Below are positions 46,429 to 54,993 of a stretch of DNA of 64,000 nt, piece after piece. Below the pieces are notes generated by a model. That model worked only from the letters and a program-made list of their open reading frames with translations. It ran no database searches and was not told where the DNA came from. The DNA comes from Anaerolineales bacterium. GTDB lineage: Bacteria; Chloroflexota; Anaerolineae; Anaerolineales; UBA11858. Location: NCBI GenBank assembly GCA_024763275.1, contig JANTFT010000005.1, forward strand, positions 8,758 to 72,757. The letters are read 5' to 3'. Within the stretch, counting starts at the first letter, position 1, and each line of letters opens with the position of its first letter. Position numbers and translations under genes: made by a program.

Positions 46429-47613
46429 TCAAGGGGATGGCGTGAAAATAATTTCTGGGGTGGGTGGCAGCCGATCTGAGAAGCCTTTCCAGATATTGAA
46501 TTTGAAGAAGCTCACCTGACCGGGTTTGATCTCGATTTCCTCAGTGTAGCGGTATCCGATGCTGGTGGTGGGGATGTCGATGACATATTTACCGGCAGGG
46601 ATATTGGCGAGGGTGAAGTTCTCACGGTAATACGGATCGAAATTGATAACATCGTTCTGGTACGAGTTTCCGATCCAACCCACATCCTCGACCGGGCCCG
46701 TTACTGGATTGCCCTCGGCGGGGTGTAAATAGACTAATTGGCGTTCCAGCGGTCTGCCCGAGTAGGTAAGCACCTGGCCTACCAGCACACCCCAACCCTG
46801 GGGAGGGGAGATCCACAGATCAGGGTTGCGGGTGGAGAAATATTCATTCTTGCCCAACCGCACCTCAAAATGCAGGTGAGGTCCGGTGGTATGGCCGGTA
46901 TTACCCATAGTGCCGATCTGCTCACCGCTGTGGACCTGCTGTCCTTCCTCAACCAGGATCTCATTCATGTGAGCGTAGAGGGTGAAGAGCGGCTCACCCT
47001 GGTAGCTGAAATCGTGTTCGATCACCACCGCATTGCCATAGGGGTCATCGTAGATATTATTCCCACCCCGATAGACGCCCTGACCGGCATAGATCACCCT
47101 GCCGTCTCCAGCAGCCAGAATGGGAGTCCCGATATCACCCGGGATGTCGATCCCGGTATGGACCACATTCTCAAAGAATACTCCCCCATACCCGTATGTG
47201 GAGAAAGCCGAATCGATATCAGTAGCAGCCAGGGGAGGGGAGAAGTAAAAATGATCATACTCGCCCGGCACCCAGGGAACCGGGTAGGCGGGAGGTCTCC
47301 AGGGTTTGAGGGAGCCCTGAGGATCCGGGGGGATGGAGAATTCCGGGGTTGCCGGAATCAGGGTAGGGGTAGGAGATAATTCTGGCACCGGGCTGGGGGT
47401 CAGCGTGGACAGGTTTGAACTGATCTGGGTAGCGGTAGCTGCGGCCTGGGTGTGGCTGGGCTGGGGTTGGGAAATCGTTGGCGTTTGCTCCCGGGCAGAC
47501 AGGTTCTGACAGCGGACCAGCAGAGGAAGACAGACGAACAGGCAGATCAACCTGAGATTTACCATTCCCAGACCTACCCGATCTTTGGTGGAGTGAATGT
47601 CAGCCCTTTTCAT
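46429..47613 (-). CDS. M23-family metallopeptidase (peptidoglycan DD-endopeptidase type)
   Basis: HTGIDIPG, and [15 protein letters not shown] (HxxxD / HxH LytM motifs). N-terminal signal/TM and Pro/Thr/Ser linker, plus an extra C-terminal beta domain. Confidence 0.8.
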   Translation of the reverse strand: MKRADIHSTKDRVGLGMVNLRLICLFVCLPLLVRCQNLSAREQTPTISQPQPSHTQAAATATQISSNLSTLTPSPVPELSPTPTLIPATPEFSIPPDPQGSLKPWRPPAYPVPWVPGEYDHFYFSPPLAATDIDSAFSTYGYGGVFFENVVHTGIDIPGDIGTPILAAGDGRVIYAGQGVYRGGNNIYDDPYGNAVVIEHDFSYQGEPLFTLYAHMNEILVEEGQQVHSGEQIGTMGNTGHTTGPHLHFEVRLGKNEYFSTRNPDLWISPPQGWGVLVGQVLTYSGRPLERQLVYLHPAEGNPVTGPVEDVGWIGNSYQNDVINFDPYYRENFTLANIPAGKYVIDIPTTSIGYRYTEEIEIKPGQVSFFKFNIWKGFSDRLPPTPEIIFTPSP

Positions 47614-47618
47614 GACTT

Positions 47619-49475
47619 TCAGGGATTAGCGAAGCTTTCGTAGCTTGGCAGCTCTTCTGCTGAATAGACCTGACCCAGCGCTTCCTCTAGACTCAGCCCC
47701 TGAGTGAAAGCAAAATACTGATAGCGGGAGGCTTTTTCCGAAAACTGCCAGAAAGTCTCTGCAGGGAAGCGTTTCCAACCATAGGCTTCTGCCAGGGCAG
47801 TGAAGTCTACCCAGTAGCCCTGGGGGATCGCCTTCGATAAAGCTCCGCCGTTCTCGTAGTCAGCATTCTTTCCTGAATAGCGGGCTTGTAGATCCCAGGA
47901 ATAGAACTGGAGCGGGCTGCCCTGGAAGCCCTGCTGGTTAATGGTCCGGATATATACCCGCCAGTAGGTCTGGCTGCCATGGTCATCCCTGGCCAGCACC
48001 AGCCAGTTTGCCAGACGGGGAAGATCATTGACTGCCATCCCTCTCCCGGTATAGAGCCAGTCAAGGTTCACACCGGGAGCCAGCGGTTGATCGGGGGGAA
48101 CATAGGCGTTTTCCAGCGTGGAAAGAAAATCCCAGCCAGTTTCCCTGATTACCTCTGCACGGAGATCTGAAAAGCTGCTAACGGCGTCTTCATGGAATTT
48201 TGGTGAGGGAGCAGAGACGTTCCTGAGGTTGATGAGATCGGCAGTTCCCTGTCCGGCATTACCCTCAGCCCGGGCAGCGCTATCCCACAGAGGAGTAGGG
48301 GCAGGTCCCGAACTCAGATCCGCCAACCAGGAAAAGTCCTCTCCTCCAAACCAGCTGAAACCTTCTACCTTTCCCGGAAGCTTTACCGCCGGAAGCATCA
48401 CCTGGGGATCATCGTTGGGGCCCGGGTAGGCGGTCAAATAACTCTCATAAGGTTGTTCAACGATCGAGTACAGCAGTTCCCCATCACCAGCCCACAGCGG
48501 CCAATCGCCGGTCCCTGAGTAGACCGGGTCCTGGTTTGGATGTTGGGAATCCCAGGTCACTAGCGAATGGTTGCCTTCCTGTGTTACAACCGACCAGGTC
48601 AGATAGCGGCCGTCAGCGGACCAGGCAGGATGTTTGACGATCTCCCCGGGAGGATTGGGGATCCTGACAGCCTTGTCTTCCTCGGGGGAGTCCAGGTCAG
48701 CGTACCAGACCTCCAGCCTGCCGGACCGGCTGCTGATAAAACTGATCCACCTTCCCTGGCCGGACCAGTCCGGGGCAAAGTCAGCCGCCGGATTTCTGGT
48801 GAGGGGGATGGGTCCGCTCGCTCGATCCCGGCTCTGGAGCAGTATCTCCAGATTGTTAATTTGATAGCTCTCGTAAGCCAGCCACTGCCCATCCGGCGAC
48901 CAGCTGGGATTGGCATCATATGCTGCGCTGTCGGTGAACTGTTCCACATCCCCGGTCAGCAGATCCAGGATGTAGATATCCCAGGGTCCGTTGCGGTTGG
49001 ACGAAAAAGCGATATATCTGCCGTCCGGGCTGATATCGGGGGTGATGTCCTGGTGGGGGCCGCTGGTCATTCGGGTCAGGGGCAGCCCGCTGAAACCCGT
49101 CCCCCCCCAATCCTCCAGAAAGGGCTGGTAAGCAAAAAGATGAATATCTGTCCCTTCCTGGATGGCAAGTATCAGGGTACCGAATTGCGAGGGATAGGTG
49201 TAAATTTCTGGATCTCTGTGGACTGCCTGAGGGGTAGCTTGAGGAGTTTCTGTCGGGGAAGGGCTGGGGAGAGTCAGGGTTGGCGCAGCTGTCTGGGTAG
49301 AAAGCGCCTGCTGTTGGTCAATTCTCTGGCGGGCTTCCGGATAGAGAAGAATGGCAGCGATAAGCAGCAGGATGCCAGTACCGATCAGGATTACATTGGG
49401 CAGCGTCCAAGCTTTTAGCTCCGGGGGCAATGATCCGTTAGCATTCTCATCCATTGGAATTCGTCCTGGTCTCAA
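47619..49475 (-). CDS. membrane-anchored PD40 (TolB-like WD40-like beta-propeller) protein with unknown C-terminal domain
   Basis: TM VILIGTGILLLIAAILLY. PD40 repeats SPDGRYIAFSSNRNGPWDIYILDL, SWSPDGQWLAYES, DWSGQGRWISFISSRSG and AWSADGRYLTW. No motif recognised in the ~230 aa C-terminal domain. Confidence 0.65.
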   Translation of the reverse strand: MRPGRIPMDENANGSLPPELKAWTLPNVILIGTGILLLIAAILLYPEARQRIDQQQALSTQTAAPTLTLPSPSPTETPQATPQAVHRDPEIYTYPSQFGTLILAIQEGTDIHLFAYQPFLEDWGGTGFSGLPLTRMTSGPHQDITPDISPDGRYIAFSSNRNGPWDIYILDLLTGDVEQFTDSAAYDANPSWSPDGQWLAYESYQINNLEILLQSRDRASGPIPLTRNPAADFAPDWSGQGRWISFISSRSGRLEVWYADLDSPEEDKAVRIPNPPGEIVKHPAWSADGRYLTWSVVTQEGNHSLVTWDSQHPNQDPVYSGTGDWPLWAGDGELLYSIVEQPYESYLTAYPGPNDDPQVMLPAVKLPGKVEGFSWFGGEDFSWLADLSSGPAPTPLWDSAARAEGNAGQGTADLINLRNVSAPSPKFHEDAVSSFSDLRAEVIRETGWDFLSTLENAYVPPDQPLAPGVNLDWLYTGRGMAVNDLPRLANWLVLARDDHGSQTYWRVYIRTINQQGFQGSPLQFYSWDLQARYSGKNADYENGGALSKAIPQGYWVDFTALAEAYGWKRFPAETFWQFSEKASRYQYFAFTQGLSLEEALGQVYSAEELPSYESFANP

Positions 49476-49477
49476 GG

Positions 49478-50887
49478 TTAATATTCACGAAGCCAGCGAG
49501 GAAAATAGCTTTTCAACCGCCCGCCCTGGATCTTTCCCCACCCGAGGGGATGACCGCCGACAGTTACAAGTGTCCACTCTTCCAGGTTCCGGTCCGAATT
49601 GGCTAGTGCTACTGGAGATCCCCTCAGGTAAGAATCCAGCCGGGGTTCTCCTAACGAAAATTCTAACACCGTTTGCAGGTCTCCTGCGTCCAGAGCAGAC
49701 GCAAGAGCGGGGCTGGGAATAAAAGTATCTCTCTGGATTGTACCCAGCCACCAGCCCCAGTGGATGACATTCAACCCCTCCAGAGCCGGGGTTGTGTCTG
49801 GAACCCAGTAGAGCCTGTTCCCGTAGCTGCGAACTTCCTGGCTGGAGGGCTTGATCCGCCCGGTATTTTTCGTTTCCCGGAGGGTGTGGCTGAAAAACCC
49901 ACTGTAAATTTCTCGCATTCTTGGGTCCGTACCTGCCTTTGACCCGGGGAGGGGGTGATCAGGATTCGGGGTCCCGGATATTTTCCTCAACCGGGCCGCA
50001 AAATGACCTTCCCCGGGGGATAAGTGGGGCCAGATCCGGACTGACCGGGAAAGATTCCTCTGGTCTGGCTGGTCCAGTTCTATACCCTCCGCATATCCAT
50101 CCCGCCTGGGGATAGCTTCCAATTCAAAATCAGGATTGCGGTTCAAAAAACGAGCCACACTGCCCTCATTCTCCATCTGATTGAAGGTGCAGGTGGAATA
50201 AACCAGCAGCCCTCCTGGACGGACCAGCTTTCCCGCGAACCAGAGGATTTCATCTTGCAGGACACTGCAGCGCTGGCTGAATGCAGGAGACCATTTTTTG
50301 ATCTCCCCGGGGGCTGACCGAAAAGTTCCCTCTCCCGAGCAGGGAGCATCTACCAGCACCCGGTCAAAGTAGGCTCCGTAGTGATCGCTGAGCCGCCGGG
50401 GCGTTTCGCAAAGCACAGCGGTAACCCTGGTGCCCCAGCGCTCCAAATTCCTTGCCAGCGCCTGCACTCTCCTGGGATTGGAGTCGTTGGCGACCAGGAT
50501 ACCCTGATCTCCCATTCGAGCCTGGATCTGGGTTGTTTTGCCTCCAGGTGCAGCGCACAGGTCAAGCACACTCTCGCCTGGACGGGGATCCAGAATGGCG
50601 ACCGGTGCCATGGCGGAGGGTTCCTGCAAGTAGTAGAGACCAGCTGCGTGAAAGGGGTGTTTGCCGGGAGTCTCTGCAGTTTTAAGTTGAAAACCGTTAT
50701 CCGACCAGGGCAGGGGAACATACTCACCAGGAAGAGCGGATTGGATTTCTGGCAGGCTGGTTTTTGCGGGATTGATCCGGAGGCCTTTGACCGCGGATTC
50801 CCCCAGCGCCGTCCAAAAATGGGGGGCTTCAGACCCCAGAAGCAAATTGATATTGCTGATGAACTCAAGGGGATATTGATGTTTCAC
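49478..50887 (-). CDS. RsmB/RsmF-family rRNA cytosine-C5 methyltransferase (NOL1/NOP2/Sun)
   Basis: SAM motif VLDLCAAPGGKTTQI. Catalytic motifs DRVLVDAPCSGEGTFR and YSTCT. C-terminal PUA-like extension. The GTG start overlaps the upstream stop (GTGA). Confidence 0.8.
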   Translation of the reverse strand: MKHQYPLEFISNINLLLGSEAPHFWTALGESAVKGLRINPAKTSLPEIQSALPGEYVPLPWSDNGFQLKTAETPGKHPFHAAGLYYLQEPSAMAPVAILDPRPGESVLDLCAAPGGKTTQIQARMGDQGILVANDSNPRRVQALARNLERWGTRVTAVLCETPRRLSDHYGAYFDRVLVDAPCSGEGTFRSAPGEIKKWSPAFSQRCSVLQDEILWFAGKLVRPGGLLVYSTCTFNQMENEGSVARFLNRNPDFELEAIPRRDGYAEGIELDQPDQRNLSRSVRIWPHLSPGEGHFAARLRKISGTPNPDHPLPGSKAGTDPRMREIYSGFFSHTLRETKNTGRIKPSSQEVRSYGNRLYWVPDTTPALEGLNVIHWGWWLGTIQRDTFIPSPALASALDAGDLQTVLEFSLGEPRLDSYLRGSPVALANSDRNLEEWTLVTVGGHPLGWGKIQGGRLKSYFPRWLREY

Positions 50888-51288
50888 TGGAGAGTGAAAG
50901 AGATAGTTTTAGAATCCAGGGGGTTGGATAGGATGGCCCCTACTTTTCCAGGTTCCAGTTCGGATTCCACTTCCTGCAGCGTGAATAAGGACAGCGTCAG
51001 GTTGTATTTCCCGGCTTTTGACAGTGGGGCTGGGATATGCAGGGTGATCTCATTCTGGGAGATGTACATGTTGACTATATTGGCCGACGCAAGCACCTCC
51101 CCGGTTTGATTGTTAAGGGTGATGGCGCTTCCCAGCGATTTCCGGGAGGTTGACAGCCTGAAGGCGACTCTGACCCGTCTCATGTCCGGGTAGGGCTCGG
51201 CTATTAACTCAACGATTTTTGCCTGACTGTCTTCCGGAGAGAGCTCGTCAAGCTGAAAGAATAGGTCCTCGTTCATATTATTGAGCAC
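50884..51288 (-). CDS. hypothetical beta-rich protein (134 aa), translationally coupled to the methyltransferase
   Basis: ORF only. MLNNMNEDLFFQLDELSPEDSQAKIVELIAEPYPDMRRVRVAFRL...KYNLTLSLFTLQ... No motif recognised. Confidence 0.4.
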   Translation of the reverse strand: MLNNMNEDLFFQLDELSPEDSQAKIVELIAEPYPDMRRVRVAFRLSTSRKSLGSAITLNNQTGEVLASANIVNMYISQNEITLHIPAPLSKAGKYNLTLSLFTLQEVESELEPGKVGAILSNPLDSKTISFTLQ

Positions 51289-51332
51289 TGTTCATACAAA
51301 TAAGATACTAGCATAGTGTACCACCCGGGAAA

Positions 51333-51362
51333 TAAAAAAGTCCAGCCGATTAGCGGCTGGAC
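51333..51362 (-). terminator. rho-independent terminator after degV
   Basis: The minus strand reads GTCCAGCCgctaatcGGCTGGACtttttta. Confidence 0.6.
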
Positions 51363-51387
51363 TTGACGTTCTGCTCCTGGTGTAGAT

Positions 51388-52233
51388 TCAATCATGCTTA
51401 TATGCCAGACCTACTGCACCTGGTCCAGCGTGGGTGCCAATTACCGGACTGACCTCAGAAAAGATCTGCTCGACCGCGGGTATCCTTTCAAGTGCCAGAT
51501 CTAAAACGTATCGGGCAGTTTCAGCGTTGTTGGCATGCAGCGTTGCCAGGCGGATGTTCTTTTTTCCCTGGGTCCGTTCTTCTATCAGCTCGACAATTCT
51601 ATTCAGAGCTTTATTCTGGGTGCGGACGGAATCCACCGGTGTCACCAATCCGTCCTGGATGGCCAGAACCGGTTTGATGTTCAGCAAAGTGCCGACAAAG
51701 CGTTTTGCCCCACCGATCCTGCCTCCCCGGTGCAGGAATTCCAGGGTATCCAGAACGAAGATCACGCCAGTTTTCTCCCTGGCATCCAGAGCCAGACGTT
51801 TGCACTCCTGCAGGCTGGCACCCTGGTTGGCCGCCCTGGCGGCAGCCAGCACCTGGAAGCCCAGCGCCATTGCCAGAGACCGGGAATTGACAATTTCGAT
51901 GTTTGCCTCGGGAAGCATCTTTTTAGCCTGGGTGGCGGATGAGATCGTCCCGGAGAGTACTTCGGAAATTAACACAGCCAGGATATCGTAGCCCTGCTGG
52001 TGAAGGGATCGAAACAGCACTTCAAAATCAGCCACCGAGGGCTGGGAGGTGCTGGGCATTATTTTGGCTGTTTCCAGCCGCTTGTAAAATTCTACCGGGG
52101 TGATATCCACGCCATCATAGAAATTCTCTTCTCCCCAGATCACTGTCAGGGGAACAACGTGGATGCCGTTATCTTTGATTAAATCTTCGGGTATATATGG
52201 TGAGCTGTCTGTCACAATGGCGACTTTCGACAT
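51388..52233 (-). CDS. DegV-family fatty-acid-binding protein
   Basis: MSKVAIVTDSS..., TSQPS, LSGT and the GGRIG motif are typical of DegV. Start placed at the internal ATG 52233. Confidence 0.8.
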   Translation of the reverse strand: MSKVAIVTDSSPYIPEDLIKDNGIHVVPLTVIWGEENFYDGVDITPVEFYKRLETAKIMPSTSQPSVADFEVLFRSLHQQGYDILAVLISEVLSGTISSATQAKKMLPEANIEIVNSRSLAMALGFQVLAAARAANQGASLQECKRLALDAREKTGVIFVLDTLEFLHRGGRIGGAKRFVGTLLNIKPVLAIQDGLVTPVDSVRTQNKALNRIVELIEERTQGKKNIRLATLHANNAETARYVLDLALERIPAVEQIFSEVSPVIGTHAGPGAVGLAYKHD

Positions 52234-52329
52234 GAGTCCTCTCTTTGGATAAATGATAATGACTGAAATCCAAAGTGTATAACACATGACCCACAGGGTG
52301 GTTACGAAGCAGGGGGTTTTCCCGGATTG

Positions 52330-53178
52330 CTACATCCCGTGCATACAGGTGATTGCCAGAGTTCCCGGGCCAACATGGGTGCCGATCACCGGGCTGAGTT
52401 CCGCCAGATAGATCTCGGCAGGATCAAACCGGGCTTTGACCTCTTCGATCAGGGCTTGGGCCTGTTCCGGGACATTGGAGTGCATCACTGCCATCCGCAG
52501 GGGGGTTTCCCCGCCGGCTTTTTCCTCTATCAAATCCATCAGGCGCTCCAGAGCCCGCTTCCTGGTGCGCACCTGGTCGACAGCGTCAATGATGCCCTCT
52601 CTCATTTCCAAGATAGGTTTGATGTTCAGCATCGATCCCAGGAAACGCTTGGCACCTCCAATCCTGCCGCCCTTGTGCAGGAATTCCAGGGTGTCCACAG
52701 CGAAAACAACATCGGTCTTCTCCTGGGCTTGGCGAGCAACCCCGGCAACTTCCTGGAGAGAACCGCCGGCCACTGCCTTCCGGGCGGCGGCCAGGATGTG
52801 CAGTCCCGCTGCCATTCCGGCTGTTTTTGAGTCGACAACTTCAACCCGACCGGGATCCAGCTCAGTCTGGGCCTGGAGGGCAGAGTTTACTGTACCGGAA
52901 ATACCGGAGGAGATCAGGATAGCGACCACATCTTTCCCTTCAGCCAGCAGATCCTGGAAACAATCCTTGAAGGCGGCAGCAGGGGGTTGGGAGGTGCTGG
53001 GCAGGGTGCTGCTGGTGGCCAAACGGTTGTAGAATTCGGAGGTGGTGATATCAACCCCGTCTGCGTAGGATACTCCATCCCAGATTAAGGTCAGCGGGAT
53101 CACCTGGACGTGAAACTCTTCCAGGATAGCCGGGGGAAGGTTGGCGGTGCTGTCTGTGACAATGGCGACTTCATTCAT
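52330..53178 (-). CDS. DegV-family fatty-acid-binding protein (paralog)
   Basis: VAIVTDSTANL, TSQPP, ISGT, HKGGRIGGAKRF. Clearly a paralog of the adjacent gene. Confidence 0.8.
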   Translation of the reverse strand: MNEVAIVTDSTANLPPAILEEFHVQVIPLTLIWDGVSYADGVDITTSEFYNRLATSSTLPSTSQPPAAAFKDCFQDLLAEGKDVVAILISSGISGTVNSALQAQTELDPGRVEVVDSKTAGMAAGLHILAAARKAVAGGSLQEVAGVARQAQEKTDVVFAVDTLEFLHKGGRIGGAKRFLGSMLNIKPILEMREGIIDAVDQVRTRKRALERLMDLIEEKAGGETPLRMAVMHSNVPEQAQALIEEVKARFDPAEIYLAELSPVIGTHVGPGTLAITCMHGM

Positions 53179-53230
53179 GGGGGCCTCCTTGGTTCTCTGT
53201 CTGATGGTCAGGACGGGTAGGGGCGTTCTC

Positions 53231-53257
53231 AGAAAAACGGAGCGGTAATCCGCTCCG
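53231..53257 (-). terminator. rho-independent terminator after tRNA-Arg
   Basis: The minus strand reads CGGAGCGGattaCCGCTCCGtttttct, immediately 3' of the tRNA. Confidence 0.6.
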
Positions 53258-53264
53258 TTGCAAG

Positions 53265-53338
53265 CACCCTCGGCGTGACTCGAACACGCGACCCCTTACT
53301 CCGCAAGCAAGTGCTCTAATCCACTGAGCTACGAGGGC
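53265..53338 (-). tRNA. tRNA-Arg with anticodon GCG
   Basis: Manual cloverleaf. Acceptor GCCCTCG/CGAGGGT (pair 1:72 is G:U). D arm GCTC-AGTGGATTA-GAGC (A20 present). Anticodon arm CTTGC-TTGCGGA-GTAAG. Variable loop GGGTC. T arm GCGTG-TTCGAGT-CACGC. Discriminator G. No encoded CCA. Confidence 0.8.
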
Positions 53339-53355
53339 AAAGTACTTCGATTGTG

Positions 53356-53384
53356 ATTTTACAATACCCATTCCTAAATGGCAA
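53356..53384 (-). promoter_or_regulatory. candidate sigma-70 promoter of tRNA-Arg
   Basis: The minus strand reads TTGCCA-17 nt-TAAAAT. The -10 element ends ~17 nt upstream of tRNA position 1. Confidence 0.5.
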
Positions 53385-53605
53385 TAGGGTCGGGAGGGCT
53401 TGAGTGATGGGAAGTTGTCGCCGTGCTTGGTCAAAGATCGATAATGAGGAGTAAGTTGAGATCTTCTTTCGGGAGTTCGATATTTCACAAAGGATGAAGG
53501 TCATATATTTTCCATGAGCTTGTACTTTGGCTTTGAGAGGTCCTTCTGTTATGATAATTTGTGAGACGGGATAATTACAAATTTATCACTGTTTCCTCCT
53601 TTGGC

Positions 53606-53649
53606 AAAAGCCTCCTCAAGCACCAACTCTGCTTGAGGAGGCTTTTTTC
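53606..53649 (+). terminator. orphan rho-independent terminator with no upstream CDS (possible sRNA 3' end)
   Basis: aaAAGCCTCCTCAAGCaccaactctGCTTGAGGAGGCTTttttt is a 14-bp perfect stem followed by T6. No credible ORF lies between the tRNA promoter (53384) and this hairpin. Confidence 0.5.
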
Positions 53650-53696
53650 ATTCGCAAATTTACCTTGTCAAGCGTGATTTAATATAACCTATATCT

Positions 53697-53720
53697 CTTT
53701 CTAATATTTTTATTAGAAAG
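53697..53720. promoter_or_regulatory. perfect 10-bp-arm palindrome upstream of htrA (candidate operator)
   Basis: CTTTCTAATA-tttt-TATTAGAAAG, about 110 nt upstream of the htrA ATG. Confidence 0.35.
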
Positions 53721-53769
53721 ATGATGTAAGATGAAGTAATCAGAAAGGCAAGATAGAGGAAAATGACCG

Positions 53770-53815
53770 GTACTAAGCAAATAGACCGGTGATTAGCGGT
53801 TTAGTACTAAGCAAA
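53770..53815 (+). repeat. 12-nt direct repeat pair in the htrA leader
   Basis: GTACTAAGCAAA occurs at 53770-53781 and 53804-53815, 34 nt start to start. The first copy is immediately preceded by ACCG (its leading GT completes an ACCGGT site) and a second ACCGGT lies between the two copies. The second copy abuts the SD. Confidence 0.4.
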
Positions 53816-53827
53816 AAGGATTAAACG

Positions 53828-54958
53828 ATGAACAAAAAAATCTCTCTCCTGATAACAACGGTAATTGTCTTAGCGATCGCAAGTTTAGCCTGTGTGGTTT
53901 CACCCCAGACTCTCTTCGATAAATCCCCCTCTGACTTAGCTGATCAGGTCACCACTACTATCAATACGGTAGTGCAGGAACAAGGCGACCTGCCAGCACT
54001 CTACCGGGAAATAAATCCCGGGGTGGTCGCAATCCGTTCTCTGACAAAAGAGGGCGGTGGTCTGGGGACAGGATTTGTTTGGGACACAGAAGGGCATGTG
54101 GTGACTAATTATCATGTTGTCGAATCTGCCACCGATCTGGAAGTGGATTTTCCTTCCGGATTTAAGACCCGGGCAAAGGTTCTGGGCTCTGACCCGGACG
54201 CGGATCTGGCGGTCCTGGAGCTTGATGCCCTCCCCAGTGAACTGACAGTATTGAAACTTGGGAGCAATGAGGATCTTGCTGTAGGACAGACGGTGATCGC
54301 CATCGGTAACCCACAGGGGCTGAACGGGACCATGACGCGGGGAATTATCTCAGCCCTCGGTAGGACCCTGGATTCCATGCATTATGCTCCGGGAGGAGGA
54401 GCATTTGCTACCGGGAACATCATCCAGACTGACGCCGCCATCAACCCGGGTAATTCCGGGGGACCGCTGATCAATCTGAAAGGTGAAGTTGTGGGCATCA
54501 ACTCGGCGATCAGCACCAATAATATCGACATCACCGGGCAGCCGGTGAATTCCGGGTTGGGATTTGCCATTTCGATTGATACGGCAAAAAACGTCGTGCC
54601 GGATTTGATCGAAAAAGGCTCCCATGATTCGCCTTATGTGGGCATCCAGGTGTTGAGTGACCTGAGCCTATTTGTCCAGGAAGAACTGGACCTGCCCCGT
54701 TCCTCCGGTGTTTATATCCTGGAAGTCACTCCTGGCAGCCCGGCTGATAAGGCGGGTCTGGTCGGTGCTGATGGTGAAGCAAATCTCCCAACTGGAGGCG
54801 ATTTGATCACCGCCATTGACGGCCAGGAAGTGAACGATTTTGCGGATTTTATGGGCTACCTACTGACCTACAAGAAACCCGGCGATTCGGTGACTCTCAC
54901 GATCATTCGGGATGGGAAAACCCTTGAGGTTGATCTGGTTCTGGGGGAGAGGCCCTGA
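53828..54958 (+). CDS. htrA: HtrA/DegP-family serine protease (trypsin-like S1C domain + PDZ)
   Basis: Catalytic triad context VTNYHVV, DLAVLEL and GNSGGPLINLKGEVVGINSAI. The PDZ domain reads GVYILEVTPGSPADKAGL...GDLITAIDGQEV. N-terminal TM anchor. Confidence 0.85.
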   Translation: MNKKISLLITTVIVLAIASLACVVSPQTLFDKSPSDLADQVTTTINTVVQEQGDLPALYREINPGVVAIRSLTKEGGGLGTGFVWDTEGHVVTNYHVVESATDLEVDFPSGFKTRAKVLGSDPDADLAVLELDALPSELTVLKLGSNEDLAVGQTVIAIGNPQGLNGTMTRGIISALGRTLDSMHYAPGGGAFATGNIIQTDAAINPGNSGGPLINLKGEVVGINSAISTNNIDITGQPVNSGLGFAISIDTAKNVVPDLIEKGSHDSPYVGIQVLSDLSLFVQEELDLPRSSGVYILEVTPGSPADKAGLVGADGEANLPTGGDLITAIDGQEVNDFADFMGYLLTYKKPGDSVTLTIIRDGKTLEVDLVLGERP

Positions 54959-54993
54959 GTCGTAATCGGATCAGGCAGCTTATTAATAGCCTG

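Noticed and set aside
53429-53435. A GGTCAAA heptad (CtsR-like) and a search for CIRCE upstream of htrA.
   Set aside because: Only a single heptad is present, not the tandem GGTCAAA-NAN-GGTCAAA repeat. No TTAGCACTC-N9-GAGTGCTAA element is present.
53171-53504. Track ORFs 53171-53488 and 53316-53504 (minus strand).
   Set aside because: They run straight through the tRNA-Arg gene, its promoter and its terminator. They are spurious translations of a structural RNA locus.
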